DNA from: an uncultured Verrucomicrobiota bacterium
GTDB taxonomy: Bacteria > Verrucomicrobiota > Verrucomicrobiia > Opitutales > Intestinicryptomonadaceae
Direction: 5' to 3'
DNA length: 64,000 nucleotides
Assembly (NCBI GenBank): GCA_949298545.1
Contig: CASFWX010000079.1
Coordinates: 5,624 to 69,623 of the forward strand
The position numbers and the translations under genes are program-made. The stretch's first letter is position 1; every line of letters begins with the position of its first letter. Shown piece after piece: positions 8,960-16,386 of this stretch. Under the pieces are notes generated by a model that was given only the letters and a program-made list of their open reading frames with translations, was not told the origin of the DNA and did no database searches.

Positions 8960-11317
8960 TTATTTCTTCGCACCCGAATCCCCGGGCTTGGAATCCTCTT
9001 TGCCCGGAGCTTTTATCCCGGAAATTGCGCAGGCAATATCGAACTTGAATGGAGGCACGCGCAATTTGAGGAAGGAATCGGGAGCGCATTTAATGACGCC
9101 TTCGGACAAGACGGTATTGTTGCGGGTATCCCACCATGTGACCTTGAAGTCCCTGCCGCCTTTGTTTTCAAATTTGACGGGATATTCAAAGGATCTCAAT
9201 TCCGGGATGTCCCTCTCGTACAATTTATATTTTGCCACGGACGCATTGTCGGTGCCGGCGCGCTTGAACCATAGGAAACGCCTGCCGTCGTCCTTAGAGC
9301 GGAGAGAATACGCCCGCACAGATGCAAAGCCCTTGTTCGACCCCATTCCGACGACGCGGATATTGGCGATGTCGAAAGACGCGTTTTCGCCCTCGACTAT
9401 TATCCCGACCGTCTGGTCTCCCTGCTCCAAGGGGACTTCAACGGTCTTGTTAATGTAGGATTTTTCCCTGCCGCCCTCAGTTCTAATAGTCTTTTTCGCC
9501 CCGGGGGCAAAGGTCTCGGTCTTGAGTTCGTCGTCGTTTAAATTTATAATCATTTTCCCTTGGGAATCCGCCGGCATGCTCACTACATCGAAAGACAAGG
9601 TAGCTTTGCTCTCGGGAACTCCGCGGACCTTAAGGGTGATTATCGCGCCGTTTTTCCAAACTCTCGGAACGGTGTTTTTATAAACAGTTCCGTCGGCTGC
9701 CAATATGAGCTCGGCTATGTCGTTGGAAGTCTCGCGCTCCACAACCGTTTCACCGAACGCCGGCTGGCAGAATATCATATTTTCGAGGGGCTTTTTGGCG
9801 GAAACCAAAACCATGTCCCCGGAATACGCCATCTCGAGCCTTTCCTCCTCTATCCCAAATTTCTGGGAGAACGCCGACACCTCGCCAAGCGCCTTCAGAT
9901 TGCATTCGAGAAGCGCAGCGTCGCCGAGATTGACGAGCGGCAGTATCGGCCCGCCGGTAAACAGCCCCGCCCACATCGTGTTGTGTATATATATATTGGA
10001 AGGCTCGGGAAGCGAGAAGCGCTCCGAATGTTTTCCGAAAGACGACACCCCCGTGGCCTTCTTGTAGCGCTTTGAGAAGAATCTGTCGTGAGAAACTACG
10101 GACAATGCGAAATCCTCTACGTCGTATATGTCGAACATCATCACTGAACAGCTGTCTCCCGACCAGATGAAGTCGAACTCGCTGGACGTGCCCGCCGACA
10201 GAAGCAGGGGATGCTCCGAATGGGCGTCCGCGTCGCGGAGCACAACCGACAGGGTTGTCAGCCAATTCATGCGGGCGTCGAAGTCCGCCATGTCGAACGC
10301 ATCCAACCCGGAAAACATCTCCCACATGAGCAGGTCCGCGCGCGCGCCGAAACGGTGCCCCATATAGGTCAGAAGCTCAGAATATTTTTGCTGGGCGTCA
10401 AACGACGAAAAGAAATCCTTCGGAGTCTTGGCTATTCCGCTTTCAGCAAAATAACAGCCGGCATACACATCTGAACGGAAAGAGGCGGGACTTGCAAAAT
10501 TTATAATCGTATATATTCCGCGGGAATATGCCGCATCCATAAAGCTCTCGATTTTATTCGCCGCTGCGATATTTATCCAACCAGCCTTTGCAGTTTCCCC
10601 GTCTTTGGCAATAAACATAGAGTGCGGCGCCTCGATAAAGATGCGGACAACATTTGCCCCGGCCCGCTTTAGCTTGTCGAGGAGCGCATCGCGCGAAGCA
10701 TCGTCCATGCTAATATACAGGTTGCCTCCCATCGCCCTGAGCCGGTCGCCTTTCCCGTTCCTGAAACACGAACGCATCTTGCGGGACAGCTTGAAGTAGG
10801 GAGCCCCGTCGCCCTCCGACACGTTGAAAGCATGCTCGAGCGAAACATAGGTGCTGTTTTTTGCCCTTACGCTAAATGAACATTTATACGAGCCGACCTT
10901 CGACAAAGGAAAGCGAAGCTTCCATGTAGATTTTTCCTGATTTCCGGAAACGTAATACATCGGCATATTCACGCTCACGCCGTTCTTTTCGCCGCTTATA
11001 TACGCCTCGACATACACGTCCTGTGAATTGAACGGATTTTCAAAAGGTATCTGAATGTCTATAGACGCCTCCAAGACGCTCCCGGTTTTCAACTCGCCCT
11101 TGGGGAAGTCCACAAATATAAAATGCTTGTCCTGAATCGGGCCTTTAGGCTCCTCAACCTTTGGCGGTTCGGGCTTCTTCTCTGGAACCGCCACAGGCGC
11201 CGGCTTCTTAACCTGGCCCTTTCTGGCAGCCTTGGAGGAATTGTCGCAACCGGCGAGAGCAAAGCACGCCGCAAGCGCAAAAATTGCAAAAGTTTTCAAT
11301 GTCAAAATATCTTTCAT
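8960..11317 (-). CDS. Putative glycoside hydrolase lipoprotein (DUF5060-like N-domain plus GH5-like TIM barrel plus C-terminal beta-rich domains)
   Basis: Lipobox FALAGCDN and a Pro/Lys-rich linker, then a PFENPFNSQDVYVEA region and a TIM-barrel-like segment (GANVVRIFIE..., LLMWEMFSGLD). Start at MKDIL (11317) avoids overlap with ispH. Confidence 0.5.
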   Translation of the reverse strand: MKDILTLKTFAIFALAACFALAGCDNSSKAARKGQVKKPAPVAVPEKKPEPPKVEEPKGPIQDKHFIFVDFPKGELKTGSVLEASIDIQIPFENPFNSQDVYVEAYISGEKNGVSVNMPMYYVSGNQEKSTWKLRFPLSKVGSYKCSFSVRAKNSTYVSLEHAFNVSEGDGAPYFKLSRKMRSCFRNGKGDRLRAMGGNLYISMDDASRDALLDKLKRAGANVVRIFIEAPHSMFIAKDGETAKAGWINIAAANKIESFMDAAYSRGIYTIINFASPASFRSDVYAGCYFAESGIAKTPKDFFSSFDAQQKYSELLTYMGHRFGARADLLMWEMFSGLDAFDMADFDARMNWLTTLSVVLRDADAHSEHPLLLSAGTSSEFDFIWSGDSCSVMMFDIYDVEDFALSVVSHDRFFSKRYKKATGVSSFGKHSERFSLPEPSNIYIHNTMWAGLFTGGPILPLVNLGDAALLECNLKALGEVSAFSQKFGIEEERLEMAYSGDMVLVSAKKPLENMIFCQPAFGETVVERETSNDIAELILAADGTVYKNTVPRVWKNGAIITLKVRGVPESKATLSFDVVSMPADSQGKMIINLNDDELKTETFAPGAKKTIRTEGGREKSYINKTVEVPLEQGDQTVGIIVEGENASFDIANIRVVGMGSNKGFASVRAYSLRSKDDGRRFLWFKRAGTDNASVAKYKLYERDIPELRSFEYPVKFENKGGRDFKVTWWDTRNNTVLSEGVIKCAPDSFLKLRVPPFKFDIACAISGIKAPGKEDSKPGDSGAKK

Positions 11318-11328
11318 GATGCCAAAAA

Positions 11329-12198
11329 TTAGAGTTTTTCGAGAAATGAACAAACTTCGTCTATGAGGAAATCGGGTGTGGAAGCTCCGGCTGTCACGCC
11401 GACAACCGAAAAGCGCCTAACTGAGTCAACATCGAGCTCTTTTATCGTTTCTATATGAAAACACGGAAGTCCCGTGCGCCGCGCCATGATGGCGAGCTTG
11501 ACAGTGTTTGCGGAATGTTTGCCGCCTATTACTATTATCGCTTCAGCGCCGAGCTCGGCGAGGGCCCTTACGTCCCGCTGGCGCTCCTTTGTTGCTCCGC
11601 AAATTGTATCTATAACCTTTGTCGATGGAAAGCGCTTTTTAAAATAATCGGCAATTTCGCGGTAGTCATCGGTAAACATGGTCGACTGGCTTACCATGCA
11701 GATGTCTCCTGATATATCGGGAAGGGCGTCTATATTTTCTCTATTCTTTACGACGTATCCCTTACCTCCGGCATAACCGAGCAGCCCAATTACCTCCGGG
11801 TGGTCGGGATCGCCCACTATTACAGTCGTGTATCCCTTGTTGGAATGCATCTTTATTATGCCGGCTATCTTCCCTACGTCCGGGCAGGTGGCATCCTTGC
11901 AGCGCATGCCCAAGTTCCGCAAATACTCGCGCCGCTCGGGCGAAACCCCGTGCGCGCGGAATACGAGAACGCCCCCGCTGTCATTCCTAATTTCGCCGGA
12001 TATGTCCTTGTCGCTCTTATAATCGCCTATTTCAATTATGCCCTCCTCCGTGAGGCGCTCCATCATTTGGCGGTTGTGTATGAGCGGACCGTCGGTATAA
12101 ACCTTGCACCGCCCTCCGCCGGCGCAATTCCGGGCGATAGCTATCGCCCGTTCCACGCCAAAACAAAAACCGGCACTCTTTGCCCTAAGCACTTTCAT
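11329..12198 (-). CDS. ispH: 4-hydroxy-3-methylbut-2-enyl diphosphate reductase
   Basis: MKVLRAKSAGFCFGVERAI N-terminus, conserved Cys-containing motifs, length 289 aa. Confidence 0.9.
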   Translation of the reverse strand: MKVLRAKSAGFCFGVERAIAIARNCAGGGRCKVYTDGPLIHNRQMMERLTEEGIIEIGDYKSDKDISGEIRNDSGGVLVFRAHGVSPERREYLRNLGMRCKDATCPDVGKIAGIIKMHSNKGYTTVIVGDPDHPEVIGLLGYAGGKGYVVKNRENIDALPDISGDICMVSQSTMFTDDYREIADYFKKRFPSTKVIDTICGATKERQRDVRALAELGAEAIIVIGGKHSANTVKLAIMARRTGLPCFHIETIKELDVDSVRRFSVVGVTAGASTPDFLIDEVCSFLEKL

Positions 12199-12216
12199 TG
12201 GGTGTAAATAAATTCG

Positions 12217-12250
12217 TTAAAAAAAGCTCGCCGGGTTTGTAAACCCGACG
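12217..12250 (-). terminator. Intrinsic terminator-like hairpin plus T7 run on the minus strand, 19 nt upstream of the ispH ATG
   Basis: Minus strand reads CGTCGGGTTTACAAACCCGGCGAGCTTTTTTTAAC. GC-rich stem CGGGTT/AACCCG extended by CG/CG, followed by seven T. Confidence 0.55.
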
Positions 12251-12641
12251 CTCGTTTTAAGCAACATTTTTCGCAAAAAAAAACTAATTGGCAAAATTTG
12301 AGAAACTCCACCGACGCCCGCGTTTTTTTTATTCCCAACGCTTCTGCCTCTCTTGCCCCGCAATCAAAGCTCCGCAGCGCCTTGTCAAATAAAAGGCAAA
12401 CAACCGCTCCGCGCTCCCCGTCTCCCAAAATGCAAATTTATGCGGCAAAACTTTCGCCCCCCCCGATGAAAAACTTGAAAAAAATTCCCCATGATTCCGC
12501 GATCCCGCAATCCATCAAACAGAAAGCGCGCGCGGTCAACGGGAAGCAAAGCGCCGCTCCCCCCCCATAGCAACGCAAGAGCAATAAAATGTTTGCTTTC
12601 GCCAAAGGCGATTGGATCTCACTCGCCAAAAAACGGCGAAA

Positions 12642-13160
12642 CTACCATTTTTCAGAATGAATCCTGCGCTCGTCAAATCTGTCCTTCGGGCAAACCGGAC
12701 TTGAAGCGGGGTATCCGAGTATTACGAGCGCAAACGGTTCGATCCCCTGCGGCAACCCCAACAATTCCGAAAAATCTGACATGCGCTTTTTGTTAGGATA
12801 TATTGCGCACCAGCAAGTGGCAAGTCCCGTTTCCAAAGCGCGCAAGAGCAGATTTTCGGTGGCGGCGGAACAGTCGACGCTCCAATAGCCGCCGTCCGGA
12901 CACGCATGCTGGCGCTTGAGGTCTCCGCATACGACAATTCCCGTGCCGGCATCGCCGAGCGAAGCGCAATACGGGTGAATCTCCATAATCTTGGAGAGCG
13001 TTTGGGGATTGCGCACTACTACAAATTCCCAAGGCTGCTTGTTCATAGCGGAAGGCGCGTACATTGCCGCTTTCAAGACTTCTTTTATTTCATCGTCTCC
13101 GGCGCGGCGCGAAGCGTCGTAGGCGCGGACGGAACGTCTTTTGTATATTATGCTATCCAT
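12642..13160 (-). CDS. Nitroreductase family protein
   Basis: RRSVRAY, AMYAPSAMNKQPWEFVVV and other typical FMN nitroreductase motifs. 172 aa. Confidence 0.85.
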   Translation of the reverse strand: MDSIIYKRRSVRAYDASRRAGDDEIKEVLKAAMYAPSAMNKQPWEFVVVRNPQTLSKIMEIHPYCASLGDAGTGIVVCGDLKRQHACPDGGYWSVDCSAATENLLLRALETGLATCWCAIYPNKKRMSDFSELLGLPQGIEPFALVILGYPASSPVCPKDRFDERRIHSEKW

Positions 13161-13504
13161 GGTTTAATTTGAAGATTATGTATCTGTAATACCTTGTCGA
13201 ATAATTTATGCCTATAAATTTTAGAGGCAAGCATTGATTTCCATCCCCAGCCGGCTCTCGGAAAATTTTAACACAAAATAAATAATTTTCCAATGTAATC
13301 CCTATTTTTTTCTCTTTATTAGATGATCTTGGGAAATCAAATCAAAAACGTTTATTTAAATAAAGCAGTTTTCCCTCCGCTAAAAAGCTGAACCCGCTAT
13401 TTTTTTATATTTTTAATATTCTTTATACAAATAAGTTATGTTCGAAATAAAAAAATAATTAAAAAAAATAAACGTTTTGCTTGACATAGAACAAACGATA
13501 TATT

Positions 13505-13618
13505 TAGTACTGAAATCGCATTAGTTGATAATATAGTGTCTTCTGGTGTATATAAGGTTAGTATTGGATTATCTCCGGACGGCGCGCCTTAAAAAGCGCG
13601 CCGTCCTTCTTTTTTTTA
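13505..13618 (+). ncRNA. Candidate small RNA or micro-ORF transcript (orphan promoter-like element plus strong terminator)
   Basis: TTGACA at 13481-13486 and TATATT at 13499-13504 lie upstream of an 11-bp perfect GC stem plus T-run (13577-13618). No plus-strand CDS is present. The 5' end is a guess. Confidence 0.3.
13577..13618 (+). terminator. Rho-independent terminator (plus strand) with no upstream plus-strand gene
   Basis: GGACGGCGCGC-cttaaaaa-GCGCGCCGTCC followed by TTCTTTTTTTTAATTTTT. The minus-strand reading has no U-tract. Confidence 0.75.
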
Positions 13619-13776
13619 ATTTTTCAAAGAAGAACGTCTTTTCTCATTTCAGATTCTCCAAGCGCCCATTCGATATCCAAGCGACTATTCGATAAAAATT
13701 TTTCATCTAATGCAGCTAAGGTTTTGCTGATTGCAACGCCGCCCAATTCAAAGCGCCCGGCAAAAACTCATCGAAA

Positions 13777-14625
13777 TTAATCTTCCCTTTTGCCAAAATC
13801 CTTTGCGAAACGCCAAATTAAAAAGAGAGCCAAACCAAAGCACAAATAGCCTACAAACTCATGCATAAAGTGGTAATTTTCCGCTCCCGCTTTTGGAGCG
13901 AGAAGAATTATAGCGACTATGCGCAAGGAATTCATGACGTAAGCAAAGAGCGCGCAAAGCACCACGATTGTAAACCTTCGCCATAAAGCGATATTTTTTC
14001 TGGAAACCGCGACAACCAAAGCCAAAACCAATGAAGCAGATATAATGCCGAAACCGTTGCATTCTGCGGCGACCAGATAAGACTCGCCTCCCACGCGTAT
14101 TGCGATCTGCGGCGAGATGCCGCCGCTTGCGACGAGCATGGCAGTATCGTTAAAAGCGCCCAAAATATATGTGGCGAGCATGCCCGCCCACGCGCGCAAG
14201 GGGAGGTCGAATGCGCCCATAACTAAAGACAACAGCGTAAAACAAAAAAAAGCGGCCCCTGTGGCATAAACCCATCGTTTTTTATCGAACATGGAGAGTC
14301 CTGCCGCAACCACCGACGCTGAAAGCCCCGCGAGGATAGCAAGCGCCGCCCATGCGCCAAAAAAGCCCGCGCACAATATGCATAAGTAACCGGAGCAAAG
14401 CCATATAGCGGACTCCGTCGATATGCGAGGGAATCGCGGTTTCACGCCGTATTCAAAAGCCAAAGCCACGCAGGCGCAAACTAAAATGATGAGGGCGTCG
14501 GCGAGCTGCCCGCTTTGCGATACGCCCTTGCCCAGCCACACGACAGCGGGAGCAAATGCCACACAGGAACAAATCCAAGCGAGAAACTCCCACAATCGAG
14601 AACGCGCGATATTCAATTTAGTCAT
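13777..14625 (-). CDS. Exosortase/archaeosortase family protein
   Basis: About 8 TM segments. The Cys-Arg-His signature appears in the expected order: VAAECNGFG, NSLRIVAI, FMHEFVGYL. Confidence 0.6.
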   Translation of the reverse strand: MTKLNIARSRLWEFLAWICSCVAFAPAVVWLGKGVSQSGQLADALIILVCACVALAFEYGVKPRFPRISTESAIWLCSGYLCILCAGFFGAWAALAILAGLSASVVAAGLSMFDKKRWVYATGAAFFCFTLLSLVMGAFDLPLRAWAGMLATYILGAFNDTAMLVASGGISPQIAIRVGGESYLVAAECNGFGIISASLVLALVVAVSRKNIALWRRFTIVVLCALFAYVMNSLRIVAIILLAPKAGAENYHFMHEFVGYLCFGLALFLIWRFAKDFGKRED

Positions 14626-14717
14626 TTGGCGGCTTTAATACGGAGAAAAATGTTGACGTAAAGCAAAATTAGCCTATTTGTGGCGGTTTTTACAAAAAAT
14701 TTAAAGTGGGAAAGCAA

Positions 14718-15086
14718 ATGTTAGTGCAAGTTTTAAAGTCAAAAATACTGCGCGCCGAGACTACAGACTCCCGCATAGACTACGAGGGATCCCTCGCCAT
14801 CGACGAAGATTTAATGGACAAAGTGGGAATGCTTCCCTACGAGAAAATTCTCGTAGGAAACATAGCCAACGGCAAAAGATTTGAAACCTACGCCATTCCG
14901 GCAGCCCGCGGAAGCGGAACATTTTCAGTGAGAGGCGCCGCAGCGCATCTCGGCAATGTGGGCGACCTCCTCGTAATAATGAGTTTTGGATACGTCGAAG
15001 AATCCCAGGCAAAAAGCGTGCGCCCCAAAACTATAACGCTCGGGGAACACAATAGAAAAATTATAAAATCCCTCAATGCGGATTAG
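14718..15086 (+). CDS. panD: Aspartate 1-decarboxylase
   Basis: MLVQVLKSKILRAETTDSRIDYEGSLAIDEDLMD contains the Gly-Ser self-processing site. NGKRFETYAI and GAAAH motifs are also present. The track ORF begins at an upstream GTG (14706). Confidence 0.9.
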   Translation: MLVQVLKSKILRAETTDSRIDYEGSLAIDEDLMDKVGMLPYEKILVGNIANGKRFETYAIPAARGSGTFSVRGAAAHLGNVGDLLVIMSFGYVEESQAKSVRPKTITLGEHNRKIIKSLNAD

Positions 15087-15200
15087 CGCTTTTATTATCG
15101 TCGTCAGAACAGCAAATATATCCCCGTTCACCCGCCCGTCCCACAGAAAAATTTTTCAAACTTAAACAAGAGGCGAACACCTCGGAACAAATTAAAACAT

Positions 15201-16283
15201 ATGGCATACAAACTGTTTATTCCAGGACCCGTCGAGGTCTCCCCAAAAACATACCGCGCGAGGTCCGCGCCGATAGTCGGGCACAGGAGCAAAGATTTCT
15301 CTAAGCTCGTTGGCGAAATAGAACCCCGCCTGAAAGAACTCTTTTACACGCAAGACCCCGTATTTTTGAGCACGAGCTCCTCTTGGGGCGTGATGGAAGG
15401 CGCCATTAGGAACGTCGTCAAAAAGGGAGTTTTGAACTGCTGCAACGGGGCGTTTTCCGACAAGTGGTTCGACGTGTCCAAGCGCTGCGGTAAAGAAGCC
15501 GGCGCACTCGTATCCGAATGGGGGGCGCCCGTTTGCCCTGAAGCTCTGGAAAAGGAGCTGTCCACAAACAAATACGACGCTGTGACGATTATACACAACG
15601 AGACTTCGACAGGCACCATGAGCGACATAAGCGCTCTATCCGAAGTTTTAAAGAAGTTTCCCGATGTAGTTTCGATAGTCGACACAGTCAGCTCCTTCTC
15701 CGCGATGCCGATAAAGAAGGACGAGCTTGGCATAGACGTAATGATAACCGGTTGCCAAAAGGCTCTCGCCATTCCTCCGGGACTGTCCTTTGTGTCGGTT
15801 TCGGAAAAAGCGATGAAGCGCGCCGAAACAGTAGAAGGCAGGGGATACTATTTCGACTTTCTCGAGTTCAAGAAATTCATGGACAAGTCGATGACTCCCT
15901 CGACGCCTGTGATATCGCTGATATACGCCCTCCAAAGCAAACTCGACGACATCTTTGAAGAGGGGCTTGAAAACCGCTACGCCAGGCATCTTGAGAACAA
16001 CAAGATAGTCCGCGAGTGGGGCTACGGCTACGGATTCAAGCTCTTCCCCGAGGAGAAATACGGCTCGATAAGCCTAAACTGCTTCAAGAACAATTTGGAA
16101 GTGGACATAAACGCCGTAAACGACGAGTTGAAAAAGAACTTCAACATGATGTTCAACTGCGGCTACGGAAAGATAAAAGGAGTCACGTTCAGGATTTCCA
16201 ACATGGGCGACGAAACTCCCGCCACAATGAGGGAGCTGCTCGGCAATTTGGACACTATACTTCCCAGATATATCAAGAAGTAG
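15201..16283 (+). CDS. Class V PLP-dependent aminotransferase (alanine-glyoxylate/serine-pyruvate/phosphoserine aminotransferase family)
   Basis: LFIPGPVEV N-terminus, IIHNETSTG, and the PLP-lysine context GCQKAL. 360 aa. Confidence 0.8.
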   Translation: MAYKLFIPGPVEVSPKTYRARSAPIVGHRSKDFSKLVGEIEPRLKELFYTQDPVFLSTSSSWGVMEGAIRNVVKKGVLNCCNGAFSDKWFDVSKRCGKEAGALVSEWGAPVCPEALEKELSTNKYDAVTIIHNETSTGTMSDISALSEVLKKFPDVVSIVDTVSSFSAMPIKKDELGIDVMITGCQKALAIPPGLSFVSVSEKAMKRAETVEGRGYYFDFLEFKKFMDKSMTPSTPVISLIYALQSKLDDIFEEGLENRYARHLENNKIVREWGYGYGFKLFPEEKYGSISLNCFKNNLEVDINAVNDELKKNFNMMFNCGYGKIKGVTFRISNMGDETPATMRELLGNLDTILPRYIKK

Positions 16284-16327
16284 CCGTTTAATCCGCTCCG
16301 ACGCATTCGAGAGCGGATTTGGGTCCC

Positions 16328-16358
16328 AAAACGCGCCGAAGCGTCGGCGCGTTTTTTT
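16328..16358 (+). terminator. Rho-independent terminator after the aminotransferase gene
   Basis: AAAACGCGCCGA-agcg-TCGGCGCGTTTTTTT; 12-bp stem and a T7 run. Confidence 0.85.
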
Positions 16359-16386
16359 CCGACAACCCCAGCAAGAAAAAATTTCT

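Noticed and set aside
12195-12629. Three overlapping 62-77-aa minus-strand ORFs in the ispH upstream gap.
   Set aside because: They overlap each other and the terminator hairpin, are Gly/Arg/Cys/Phe-rich, and one runs into ispH. The region is treated as non-coding.
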